In this document: in pieces, positions 13,205 through 25,057 of the stretch
Numbering within the stretch: position 1 is the first letter of the stretch
Layout: each line of letters starts with the position of its first letter
From: Wallemia ichthyophaga EXF-994
Taxonomy: Eukaryota; Fungi; Basidiomycota
Direction of reading: 5' to 3'
Assembly: GCF_000400465.1 (NCBI RefSeq)
Contig: NW_008806287.1
Location: 210,001 to 242,000 of the forward strand
Length of the DNA: 32,000 nt
Notes under the pieces: generated by a model
Databases searched by the model: none
The model's input: the letters and a program-made list of their open reading frames with translations, nothing else
Told to the model about the DNA's origin: nothing
Made by a program: the position numbers and the translations under genes

Positions 13205-14623
13205 ATGACATACCAACTCCCAGAAGGAATCCCGCAGACATCCCCAAAGGATACCAACAGCTTCGCATATGCAAGTGTCGTGCGTAGATGGCCTTCCATT
13301 ATCACAAACGTTATCGACTCTGTCTACCAATCAAACGCGCTCGATAGGAGCGCCTCCGACGACAAGCTCCAAGACGGTAAAGCCATCATCCAGCAATTGT
13401 CCAAACTGCGCCATGAGATGGGCAGGGACCAGCCTTTATCGTGCGTAATGGCCCATTCACGCGTCATACACCTAACTTGACGCACCAGCGACATTGAAGA
13501 CACTAGCGCTGCCAACACTCATATTTACAACGATGAGCTTAGAGTGCTCGAGAAACACTCGGATAACACGTGGTTCACCGCCCCTTGGCTTTTCGCTGAA
13601 TGCTACATGTACGCAAGAATAAGGAGCTACTTCAGCAACAGCACCTACTTCCAGCAATACGATCCTTTCAAGAAATCTAAAGACGATACTTTCAAATCAT
13701 CAAAAGCCTCAGTTTTCCAATTGGCGAGGGCTCAGCAGCAGCTCATCACAAACACCACAAAACCAACACATGTCGACGAGAGCATCGAGATTATGTTTCT
13801 AGAGATGCTCCAGATGTGCTTGTGGGGAAACGCAACTGACTTGAGTCTATTGGTTGATCTCGATTACGCCGATGTACAGAAATTACAAGCTGTTGGAAAG
13901 AAGGCGCTGGAGGAAAGCTTCAAGAAGATTATCAAGAACGACATACCACGTTTGTGGCAGTATATCTCCACTAAACGCGGTGGCAGAATCGATTTCGTCC
14001 TCGATAACGCAGGCTACGAGCTCTACACTGACCTGATTCTCGCCGATTACTTGGTGAACTGCACTCCGTTCGCTGACACGGTCGTCTTCCACCCGAAGAC
14101 AATCCCATGGTTTGTTTCTGACGTGCTGCCGGCGGATACACCTGCGCTTCTCAACCAGCTCCTCAACGCCAAAGACTTCTTCGGCGAAGACAGCCAGGAG
14201 GTTGTCGACCTGGGCGAGAGGTGGAAGAAGATGTTCGATGACGGCACGTTCAAGATGTCGGTCCCAGCTGATTACAAACTAGGCACACCCTCGAACGCCG
14301 ACTTTTGGTGCACGCCTTACAGCTACCCCCAAATGCCTGACAAGGCCGCCAGCTTGGTAAGCGACCTGCAGAAGTCTAACCTCGTTATATTCAAGGGTGA
14401 TCTCAACTACCGCAAGCTGACGTCGGACGCGCTGTGGGACCCGACTACGCCGTTCCAGACCGCCCTCGGCCCGCTTGCCGGCCAATTCCCTCTCCTCAGT
14501 CTGCGCACGAACAAGGCAGATGTCATCGTCGGCTTGGAGAGGGACGTCGTCGACACCATGCAGAGGGAGCACCCGGACTACCGCATCAGCGGTAAGTTTG
14601 CAGTCGTCTCATTTGTCTGTTGA
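13205..14623 (+). CDS. ARMT1: DUF89/ARMT1-type damage-control metal-dependent phosphatase (YMR027W-like), 456 aa, 1 intron (13441-13488)
   Basis: RRWPSII, WFTAPWLFAECYMY, LWGNATDLSL, VLDNAGYELYTD, KGDLNYRKL motifs; GTGCGT...CTAAC...CAG intron joins in frame. Confidence 0.92.
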
Positions 14624-14934
14624 TATATGCTATATGTACTTTCTCTTGGATTGCGGTGCGTTTGTGGCATGTGAAAAGCCGTGCATCACCAGCAAATGCC
14701 CGCTCGCTGTCTGCTGTTGATTTCTGAAATTGGACCACGGAAAATCTTTTAAATCGTGACAAGTCTTGCGATAATTCTTCTTGGATGATGTTGACGATAA
14801 CGTTACTCCTGACAACTCTGATCTTCCTAGTGTTATTATTGTGTATTCAAATTTTATATGCACTTTTTCCGATCTCGCGGCCCCACTTAACATATCTCGC
14901 GCCACTTACCTCATCTCTGAGAGATAACATCATT

Positions 14935-17217
14935 ATGCCAAAAGAAAATCCGCTGAATAAACAACTGAAAGATGACAGAGAGGGCCTGCTCGCTGGAGTT
15001 AGTGCTGCAATGGCTGGTACCGAAAAAATCACTAGTGTTCCTGCCAATGGCTTTAGTGCGAAGGTGGAGATGAAATCAGGCGGTTTAAAGCTGATTTTAT
15101 GAAATGGTTCACTGATATTCATCAGCCGGTGCACATATCTGAAACCCGGTCTTCCCCTTTTGACGACATAAGCGGTTCGGAAGAGTCCATTTCGTCTTTG
15201 TTAAATGTGCTTGGCTGCTATATCAGTATGAAAGCAGAGCACACTAAAGTTATACACCCTTCCGAAGCCCCAAACAAGCGGGTGAAGTATTCAACGTTCA
15301 TCAGCTGGGCAATAACTGTCGTAAAGCTGTCGAGAATGAGTTTAAGGCAAGAAAAATTACACCTTCAGACATAATCAGTGGTTCTTCAAATGACCTAAAG
15401 GACGGTTTACGCTTTCGTTTAATAGATGACTGCAAGATCCAGTGAAAATACCTAGAGTTGAATAGCCACCCACCCACGAGACAATCCTACAGAAAGCTCG
15501 AGTTCATCAAGTGTGTCGAAAGTCTTTTGTCCAGGCCATTCGATAGAAGTCAAAGTTCCAGTCACAAACTTGTCACACTTTTCGCCCTTCTCATCGTTTC
15601 TAACTTTGGGTTGCGCAAAGATAGCCTAAGAAACATGCGCTTTGACGATTCTAAATTAATGACCATGGGCGAACTCAAATAGGAAGTAACCAATTATATA
15701 ACCACGCTAAAGGGCCAAGAGAGGCGAGCAATCGACGTACGGCAAAAGGCATGCGGATTCGTCGCTAAAGAGATCCAAGATGTACAATTCAAGTTATTTC
15801 CAGTCGCATTACCCTTTTTATACTTTATGGCGGTTTGTCAGCCACACTGAAAGACACAAGGGAGGTGCCCATAACTTTGCTATCCGACTTCTTGACACAC
15901 ATCGACATTCCTTATTTGAATGCACATCGCACAATTATATCCATTCAAAGCAATATATCAAGGCCGTGACGAAAATTTATGTTCCAAACAATGTCGCGAT
16001 GGGATCTGGTGCAATAATCAGCAGGCTCAATACTGTCTACCAACAGGTAGGGCTTCCGACAGGTGGAACTTACCCGTGGTGGTACGCAGTGGGTGACAAG
16101 GCACGTCTTGCTGGAAGGGAGTTCCAAGCCGATATTCTTGGTCATGGAATGTCATATACTGGTACGCAAAGCTACACTAGAGGTGAATCAATGAACTATA
16201 CCAATATCTGCAATTATAGCTGACAAGAATGATGTTATCGAGGAGGGGCAAAGGTTGGCTTAATGGGTCAAGGCTGCGTATTGGGTTTCAACAGAGCTCA
16301 CCTCTACCGCAATAGCTTCCACTATGAGGAAAGATAGGAATCCTTTCCAGCTCGACAAGGAGAAATTGGATATACAATCACTCACTGCTTGCAAAAATAG
16401 CGAGCGAGTGCAGCAAGCTTTCAGGTTACATAATCAATTCATAAACACACCAAAAGCAAAGATTTGAGTATTGAAGAAGGAAAACAATTTGAAACGCTTA
16501 AGGACAGATTGCGTTCCTCAAAATGAGCTGAGAAGGAGAAAATCAAGAACTCCAGCAGAGGAAAATCAAGAACCTACTCAAGCTTCTAGCAATTGAGGGA
16601 ACTTTCGATGAGAAGAGGCAAGCAAAAGAAACTATATGTTCAGCAAACTTATATTCTATTGGAAATGAAGAAACAGAAGCAGCGAGAATTCGAATCGATG
16701 CTGCTTCAACCAGCGACAGACCTGCTGATCTCATCAAAACACCCGAACTTGAAGATCAATTCGTCGAGTACAAGGATGAGGAGGAAGACGAGTTTTATGC
16801 TGCTGCAAAAGGCTTGACAGATGATGTGGCAATCAACAGGATGGCAATCGTTTTCCAACTGTAAAGCTCAATTGCAGCGAACGACATCATCACAGGAATG
16901 TTGAACCTAATGGTAGATTATAATGATTGTTTATATTGCCAGAATATAGTGAGTATGATATTTACTCTCACTAGGCATTTGAATAACGTTTCAATTTGCA
17001 GAATAAGGAGATTAGCTTCTGCAATGTTAGCGTTGCCCGTAAACACTTGAAGAACAAGCACGCTGAAGAATACGCTAAGTTTTTGGAGGGGAACATGGAA
17101 GAATTACTGAATACGATAATCTTTGAGAAGTTGCACGACATTTGCCAATCATCTCACGAAGGTATTCAGCGTCTTTGTGCCGTGACAAATCAGGATATCA
17201 TCGACTTTTGCTCATGA
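14935..17217 (+). pseudogene. Decayed tyrosine recombinase (DUF3435/Starship-captain- or Crypton-like) with C-terminal C2H2 zinc finger; mobile-element relic
   Basis: Stitched frames give box I FGLRKDSLRNMRFDD (R 15614-16), TLKG (K 15710-12), box II TYPWWYA...DILGHGMSYTGTQSY (H 16143-45, Y 16173-75), then RKDRNPFQL and CLYC...HLKNKH across a 53-nt intron (16949-17001). At least 5 in-frame stops (15443, 15680, 16261, 16524, 16862) and about 5 frame changes. Confidence 0.75.
16538..16573 (+). repeat. Tandem duplication (GAAAATCAAGAAC twice, 23-nt period) at a frameshift in the recombinase relic
   Basis: Copies at 16538-16550 and 16561-16573; the reconstructed reading frame changes across them. 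Confidence 0.7.
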
Positions 17218-17741
17218 TATCGTTCTCATTATCTTCTTGCTAGCTGCTTTGTTGTTAATATTTCAAATGTATATCTTCATTTACAAACGCCGCATGATAT
17301 TCGTATCAGCTCTAGATACGTAGTGGGGAATTGTAGAATTGTAGATAAGATGAGAAAAATCTTGAAGTGTATGTTGAATTCAGCGATAAATGCAAAATCT
17401 GCGATAGTGTGCAGAGCTTGCGCTCATCTCCGGCGACCATCTCTCGCACCTTTTTTGTTTTTTTATGATGCGGATGCAGATGTATGCATCAGTGAGGACC
17501 TTAAAATCAAGACCCGTATGAGAGAAGTCGTGATAGTAAGGGCTCGAGCGAGGCAATATCTAGCGGTAGTAGGGTGCTATTGGATCCTAACAGTATCGTT
17601 GCTTTGGTGCTGTGCGCGGTGCCGAACGGGTTTATGAAGCGAGGGCCAAAGTGCATTGGCTGCAATGTCAAATGCTTCAAATTAACAGGAAATAAGCTCG
17701 CAGGCTGCTACATTCCCTATAAGCACCCTACTGCTACTGGG

Positions 17742-18422
17742 TTAAGCTGTTTGTTGATCAAAGATGTTGTTGGTGATGGCGTTGTTCTTGCTGCGAAGGC
17801 CGAGTCCGCCAAGATGCTCACTGCGCTCATCAGACACCTTACCCAGGTAGACCCCTCTGTCCTCGATTGGTTGCTTGTACTTGACAGCACTCACGATGTC
17901 CAGAAGTATTCCAGCAAGAAGGCGCTTTGCGAGGAAAAGCAGAATGTGGTGATTGCTACCTTTACTGCTTTTCCTTATTGCCTGGCTCAACGACGATCGC
18001 GCTGGTGTTGCTACCTCCACTAAGGTTTTATTCCAGCTATGTACTCTGCGCGCACACGCGCCAAAGGTCCGACCACCTTACTTCCTGTGGATGATATGGT
18101 GTTTATGGGGCGATGGCGGTGTGGTTGGTGCAGTACGCACATGGTATCTTGATTGCTGCACTGTCGTGTTCCTATGTGTCTGTGCGTGTCCACCGGCGTG
18201 TGCTTTGGATGCCCGATCAGCGAGTGCATTTTCTGGTACTGCTGCGCAACAGACGCTCCGGCACAACGCTAGTCTCCGCACACTTACGGGGTGGTACATA
18301 ACTACCGACGAACTCTTGCGCATATGTGACGGTGCTGAGGGATAGATAGATAGAAATCATAATATATAGTCTAAAGCGTTACAACGATTAGTAATCTTCG
18401 CCTATCAATACTTCTTGCGCAT
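17742..18422 (-). CDS. Hypothetical secreted His/Pro-rich orphan protein, 182 aa, 4 exons
   Basis: Exons 18422-18412, 18370-18288, 18241-18082, 18036-17742. Three GT-AG introns (41, 46, 45 nt) join in frame. Signal-peptide-like start MRKKLYIMISIYLSLSTVTYA-QEF; N-glycosylation sequons NTT and NKT. No recognised family. Confidence 0.5.
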
Positions 18423-18745
18423 TGAAAGCTGACGATTGTATTGACTCAAAGGCGTGCGGTTCTTGGCACGTGTGCCGTAAATTGGAAAGTAGCTACGTGA
18501 AACTACCGGAGGCGAGCGAGTTGGTGCTGAGCTGGTTCAGCGCCTCTATCCGCTCCCTTCGTGGCGCAACGGGAACAAAGCCTGTCCAAAAGCCGCTCCC
18601 GGAGCAAACGTCCGACCGCAGGCAAAAACACTGCGCCTCCCACAGATGCTAATGCGAGCTTCCCGCTGCGCCGCCGCGCACCTGGATTGTCAAATCTCAT
18701 CCGTTTTTTCAATTATGATTGTGACCGACATGGCGGCCTTTATAA

Positions 18746-18839
18746 GTCAGGATGGCCGAGCGGTTAAGGCGCTTGACTTGAATGTCTGAGACGTTATCAA
18801 GTACCATTTGGTGCGTAGGTTCGAATCCTGCTCCTGACG
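18746..18839 (+). tRNA. tRNA-Ser(UGA) with 13-nt canonical intron (18783-18795)
   Basis: Acceptor stem GTCAGGA/TCCTGAC with G73; A-box TGGCCGAGCGG; anticodon stem CTTGA/TCAAG with loop CT-TGA-A-[intron]-A; long variable arm; T-arm GTAGG-TTCGAAT-CCTGC; T5 terminator at 18843-18847. Confidence 0.96.
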
Positions 18840-19634
18840 AACTTTTTATTTTGTCGTTTTAGCGACCGCTAGTGTTACGGCAGGGAGACAGGCAGGCAGG
18901 TTTGAGTATGCCTGTAATTAGTGCGCAACAGCTGGCATCCAGAAGAGTGCTTTTGACAGGAGGCACAGTTTTTCACCCCCAATATGACGCGCGCGGGGAT
19001 CTTCTTCTCGAACAGCGAAGACGTCGGCGACGGCGGGGCTTGTGCAGCCCGCCAGTCCTGCAATTGGGCACAGCTCTCTGAGTCTTCGCAGAGCAAGCTG
19101 CACGGTTTGAGTACGGGGGTGTCGCCTGTGGCACTTTCGTAATTAACCAGTGGTACAAACGTGAGCTAGAGTGGGAAAAGTAACAGTATTGTAAGGAGTG
19201 CGATGCATCGTATTGTTTGCGCAGTGCATTTGGCGGTAATTGACGTGTGTGCGTGTGCTTGTGTGCGAGAAGACACCGTGCAAAACTTCACGAGTCAGCA
19301 GGCAGGCAATGTGGGATGGCGCAACACGCACACGTACACACACAGATACGCCTTTCAAAGCCTCCTCTCACAGCCACATGAAATAAAAAATCAGCCACTT
19401 AAAACCGCGCAAACCTTCTTGTTTCCCTCCATGATACAATATTCGCCTTTATACTGTTGCGTATGCGAACAATGCATAGGACAACGGGAAACGGGGTGAT
19501 AGAGAGACAGCTGGGGGTGCTGCTGCAGACATGGCCCAGTGCCACGCCTGCGAGCAGCCCCAGCGACAAGCCTAGAACTGCAATGTGCTGCTAATTTTGT
19601 AGACGTTGATTTGAAATGATTCATTATACAATTA

Positions 19635-22195
19635 CTAGGTATCGTCGTTGTGGTCGTGGTCGTCGCGACGGGCGTTGTTTCTATGTCTGACTTCCTGCTC
19701 AGGCTGCTCTTGCTGCTGACGCACTTCCGCCTGCACCTGCTCACTCGCCTGCGTCTGTCCTCGCGCGGCGGTATGACCAGCGTGTTCGTGTGCCCTGCGC
19801 GTAATTTCCGCCGTGAGCCTATCGACTGCCCTCTGCCTCAGACGACCCATGATATACTGGCGCAGATAGAGGAGGGCGACGAGTGTGCCGATAACGACAA
19901 CGAAGGTAATGCTCTGCGAGCTGTCGTGGTGGTGGTGGCCATCGGGCGGGGAGGAGCGCTGGAGGAGGCCGTCGACGAAGCCGAGGTGGCCATGCGGGAC
20001 GTGTGCACCTTGGTCACCCGCGCCATAGGCCATCCAGTCCACTCTATTGACAGCCTCGCGCGCATCGCTTCTGTCGCGATCCTCCTCTCTCTCTCTCGCG
20101 CTTCTACCATCTGCAGATGCACCTGCATCATCCTGCGCTTCCCCACCCCCGCTAAAGTGTGACAGGAGGTTGTTGTCGTCCCCGCTCCTCACCCACTGCC
20201 AGAGGGATTTGAGGTAGAGGTGGGCGAGGGACAGGAGAACGGGTACGGCAGCCTGTGCGTTAGTCTCGAGTGCCTGGTCGTAATAACGTTTTGCTAGGTT
20301 GAGATCACTCGGGAGACCCTGTCCCGTTTCATACATCCATCCCACATTCCAGAGGGCGAGTGAGGAGGTATCCGCCGCGAGGTACAGCTCAGCAGCTCGC
20401 GCGGGATCAGCGGGTGTACCAAGCCCTTTGAAATGGTAATCAGCCGCCTTAATCCGCGAGTCTAGGGTGTGCTGCGCAGCGGATTTCTCCCAGTACCGCA
20501 GACTGATAAATGCGAGCGTGTGGTTGACAGGCGGATCAAAACCGAAGCTAGTGAGGCGCACTCGCTGCGTGTCCTGGTCGAGAATATAAGCGACGTTGTT
20601 TTGCGCGGACTCGTATCCCATCTCGGCAAGGCGCCACCATGCAAGTAGGGCAGCTTCCGCTTCGTGGCGACCATAAGACTCGCGGTGCCAGTCTGAAGAT
20701 AGAGCCCATCGCTGCGTCGCTTCCTGCCATAGCTTGTCCCCCGTTAGCCAGTCACCACGCTCAGATACACTCTTGAAACGTGCAAGTGCACTCGCACAAT
20801 CGTGGTGGCGCGTTAGGGTTGCTAGTCGGTATGTTCCCTCGAATGAAGCTGATAGGTTCACCGCCCATTCGTAGTGCTGGATGGCATTCTCGGTGTCACC
20901 GCGCGCTGTGTAGGTGCGGTGTCAGCTCTGAAACGCATTCTCACTCCCTCTCACTCACCTAGTAAACCATTCCCTAGCTCTACATACGCTTCGGGGTAGC
21001 CACTCGAAGCGGCGCTGGAGAAATGCATCGTTGCGGTGTCCTCGTTCGAGTCGACGTAGTAGCCGTGCTTATACATGAGACCAAGATAGTACACAGCCTC
21101 TGCGGACTGGAGATCGCGGGCTCTGTTAAACCATTTGTAGGCCTTGGAGTAGTCCGCTGTGCCTGCGTCACCCTCACCCCGCAGATACATCCTGCCCAAT
21201 GCATTAGAGGCGATGCTGACGAGATGGCGGGTATACTTGGTCGCCTCTCTCTGTTTATCAGACTGCAGACCATCGTGCCAGATCTTCCTTGTGGCGCGGG
21301 TGAACCAGTACTTGGCCTTATTGAAATCCTTAGGTATCGCACCAGAGCCGTCTGCGGGGCCGAACTTGGGGGTGTACACACTGCCGTGGTAGTAGATGTT
21401 GCCGAGACGAACAGCGTACTGAAGATCACCCTGGTTGGCAGCGAAAGAGAAGTAGTCGATGAGATCGTGCCAATTTTCACCAGAGTCGCGCGCTTTGCCT
21501 GCGTAGATCACAGGTCGATACGCGTTCTCGCCGGTAGAGGCAGCAGACGCGCCGAGACCATACGGGCCGCCTTTGAGATCGGAGAGTTTCGGTTTGGAAA
21601 GAGGGAGAGCATGACCGCCAGGGGGACCGGAGAGGTAGTAGTCCATGGCTTTATCGGCGACTCTGCTGTACCACTCAACAGCCTGGTCGCAGGAGAGCTC
21701 GGCGCCGTCGCCAATAGAGTGCTTGTAGGCGAGGGCCATCTCCGCGGGCGTGTGGCCGGCGAGAGCGGCGAACGTGTAGTGGAGGAGGGCTAGGCCAGGG
21801 TGGGGGTCGACGACGCTGTTGTAGCCCGTGTCGTAGAGGAAGGCGAGGATGGAGTGGGCGGTGGCGGAGGCGTTGTTGGCTAGTGATTTGTAGAGTTGGA
21901 AGGCGTGTTGGGTGTTGTGGGTGAAGGGCGGTGGCGCTCGAAAGACGAGATCAGCGAGTAGCTCAGAGTCGTCGAGCAGCTCAACAAGGCCGTCTGCTAG
22001 TAAATCGTAGTCGTTTGGAGAATCCACTGGGTTATAAGACGAGTGTATGTATCTTGAAGGGTGGATGGAAGAAGGGCTGTAGTTGGAGAGGGAGCTGAGC
22101 TGGTCGAGGAGCGATTGGACGGGTGCGTCGGCTAGTGCGTGTGTCGCTGGGAGTATCCCCAGCACCGTCATCGTCAGCGTTGCAAAGATATTCAT
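19635..22195 (-). CDS. HRD3: ERAD ubiquitin-ligase component Hrd3/SEL1L, 835 aa, 1 intron (20906-20958)
   Basis: Signal peptide, multiple Sel1 repeats (ALLHYTFAA, AEMALAY, SCDQAVEWY, YYLSGPPGG, NNVAYILD, ALWNVGWMYETG, DLNLAKRYYDQALE), C-terminal TM segment ITFVVVIGTLVALLYL. Confidence 0.93.
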
Positions 22196-22358
22196 GGGCA
22201 GTGGAGATGAGAATGTGAGAACGACAGAGATAGATTCAGCTAGTTGCCAGGATTACTGTGGTGTTAAAATAAGAAAATAAAAACGAGTTGAAAATATTTG
22301 CTGATGACAAGCACGCCTAAGGAATATTTGGTCTAACACGACAACGACGACGACTAAG

Positions 22359-25057
22359 ATGGCATTACCAGTGAGATACAGCAAGAATGAAATAATCGAG
22401 GCGTACAAGGGGTTACAGATTGCCAGGCCAGAGAACATCAACGACTCGCTGCTGGTATCTGACTCGCAAATAACTCCCGTGAATTTATCCAGACACACGC
22501 CGATTTCTGGCAATTTAAACTCTAATTTCAAGAAGCGTGTTGTTAATAACAATAAGAAATCAAAGTCGACGCCCGTGAAGGGTGGTGGCGGTGCACACGG
22601 TGTTCACGCTACTCAAAGTGCACACGCTCCCCACGCCGCTCCCGCTCCAGACTGGGACAACCACTCGGGCTGGGCTCAGCGATTCAAAAAGGGCGACGAT
22701 CTTTTCAACCGGAAAGTCGCAAGCAAGCCAGTGAGCAGGCCAGTGAGCAGACCAGCCAGCAGACCAGCCACTCCGACGACTCCGACGACTCCGCCCAAAG
22801 GTCTTCTTAATAGACCTTCAAAGAAGGCTGTTGACGGTGTGCAGCAGCCACAGCAGGTGGTTCAACAGCCGCAGCAACACGCGCCTCCACAACCACCTTC
22901 ACAAACCCTTTCAGACTGGGTCTATAGGGACCCCTCTGGCAGCCTCCAAGGCCCTTTCAATCCCGACACCATGCAGCAATGGTTCCTCTCTGCCTACTTC
23001 CCGCCCTCGCTCCTTGTGAGCAGAGTAGATAGTGAGACATTTATCCCACTCGACGAATTGCTAGCTAGAGTGGCAGACCGCAGCCAGCCCTTCCACAGTG
23101 CGATAGTGGTCGACGTGAACAAGCTCTACCACCCACAACCACAGCCACAACCACAGCTACAAAGGCTAGCAGCAACTGACTCAGCTGGTCCATCACCCGT
23201 ATCCACCCCATTCGCAAGGCCATTATGGGCGAGTGGCAGTGGCAGTGGCAGTCCAATGGTGGATGTAGAACAACACCACCACCAGCAGCAGCAATCCAAA
23301 GAGGAGATTCTACTTGCACTCCGTCACAGAGACCTCCTCGAGCAGCAGCAGCAACAACAACACCAACAACAACAGCAGCAGTTTATTCAACACCAACTCT
23401 TACATCAACAAGCCGCTGCTCAACAACAACAGCAGCAACAGGAATTGCACGTGTGGCAGCTCCAGCAACAAGCCCAGCAAGAGGCACAGAAACAGGCTCA
23501 AGAGCAGGCGCAAGAGCAGCTAGCGCACACGCATCTCCGCGACGATGCGGATTTGTCAGTGGCAGTTGAAGCACCTGAATCTACCGTCGATAGTGGTAGT
23601 ATAGCGGAAGAAAGTGTGATGTCGCCTATTAAGACTCCGCCATCCGTGGCAGTGGCGCCCGTTGCGCCAGTCGCTCCGGTCGCGCAGGTGCAGGGAGTTG
23701 AACCAGTCCAGGCAGTTCACCCACAACACTCCCACTCCCAGCCATTATCAGGCAGGGGTGGTGTGAATGTAGTGACGCAAGCGGAGCTCGAGAGAGTGCA
23801 GCGTGGCGTGAATGGTGGTGGCGTTGGTGGTGGCAGAGACATAGCCCCACATCACTCTTCCGACTCACCCAAGATGTCAGTATCGCTGGGCGACGTGCTG
23901 GAGAAGCAAGGCGGGCACACAAACACGCATACCACCTACCCACCAAAGAAGGCAGCTCCTGCACCCTGGGCCGCACAAGCACAGGTACAGACGGAGAATG
24001 TGCGCGAGAAGACCACACCTTCACTCAAGGAGATCCAGGAGGCAGAAGCTAGGCAGTCGGCGGCTAAGAAGCAGGCTCAGGCTCAGCGCTCGGCAGCGCA
24101 AAAACAGCAACAGCAACCATCTGCTCGTGTTGACGACGTCCTCCCAGGCACACTCAACTGGGGACTGGCTAGCAGTGGAAGTGGTGCGAGTCAGCAAGCA
24201 CACAATGGCTCTAACACTAACTCCAAAGATATCACCTCCACTTCCACTTCCACCCCTCCAGCCTGGGGCGGTAGCAGCCTCGGGCAGAAGAAGAACCTGA
24301 GACAGATCCAGGAAGAGGAAGAAGCAAAAGAGCGCGAGGTGCAGAGAAAGAATGTGGCTACGGCTCAGGCCCATGCTGCTGCGAGAGGGTATGCGGCATC
24401 CGCGCAGCGTACAGCGCAATTGAATGGAATGACTGGTGCTAATGCAAACGCAAACGCAAATCCAAATCCAAATGCAAATATAGGCAATGGTGCTTGGACA
24501 GTGGTGCAGGGCAGTGGGGTGAAACCAGGTGCAGTTGCAAGTCAAGGCAGCGGGTTGGGGTCACAAACACAAAGCGGAGCACCAGCAAAAACGGCGAAAG
24601 CAAGCAACACACCGGCTAAAACAACAGCTACACCAGCAGCACCTACACCTAGCGTCAGTGTACCAGCGTCGATTGCTCAAGGCTCGAACGTGCGTGAACC
24701 AGGAGCACCTTCAGAGGAGTTTGTCAAGTGGTGCAAGGGGTCGATGACAGGGTTGAATGGGACGACGGGTGAGTGAAAAGTGGAGATAAGAAGGGTACAG
24801 ACCGCTAACTAGACACAGCTGATGAAATACTTCCAATACTTCTGTCGTTCGATATAGAGAAACCAGATCTGGAACTGATCCAGGATATGGTGTATGCATC
24901 ATCGTCGACGATGGATGGCAGAAGATTTGCGTCAGAGTTTGCGCGTAAGAGGAAGGAGGATGCGAAGGGGGTTACAGGGTTGACAGGGACAGTAACGACG
25001 ACGAAAGCACCACAAGAGACATTCAAGGTGGTGCAAAAGAAGAAGAAGAGAGTGTAA
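22359..25057 (+). CDS. SMY2: GYF-domain protein (Smy2/Syh1/GIGYF-like) with polyQ tract, 882 aa, 1 intron (24769-24818)
   Basis: WVYRDPSGSLQGPFNPDTMQQWFLSAYFPPSLLV is a GYF domain. C-terminal EEFVKWC...LLSF...QDMVYASSSTMDGRRFASEF is completed by splicing GTGAGT...CTAAC...CAG. Confidence 0.85.

Noticed and set aside
15443-16864. RIP-like C-to-T signature in the recombinase relic
   Set aside because: Every stop codon is one C-to-T change from a sense codon, so the stops are not diagnostic. Testing needs alignment to an intact copy or dinucleotide indices.
14652-17293. Imperfect terminal inverted repeat (TGCGGTGCGTTTGT versus ACAAACGCCGCA) around the YR relic
   Set aside because: Only an 8-bp exact core; about one such match is expected between two 300-nt flanks.
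17568-17732. 11-bp inverted repeat AGTAGGGTGCT/AGCACCCTACT as a MITE or ncRNA terminal stem
   Set aside because: About one such match is expected per window by chance; no target-site duplication and no recognisable RNA motif inside.
18779-18781. tRNA as selenocysteine or suppressor tRNA
   Set aside because: The anticodon is TGA (reads Ser UCA), not TCA, and the stems are canonical for tRNA-Ser.
21023-21793. Long antisense or alternate-frame ORFs in GC-rich genes (e.g. 21023-21793, 19650-20162, 24021-24545, 27380-27970, 30811-31290)
   Set aside because: These are shadow ORFs of well-supported genes, favoured by high GC and codon symmetry, with no recognisable motifs.
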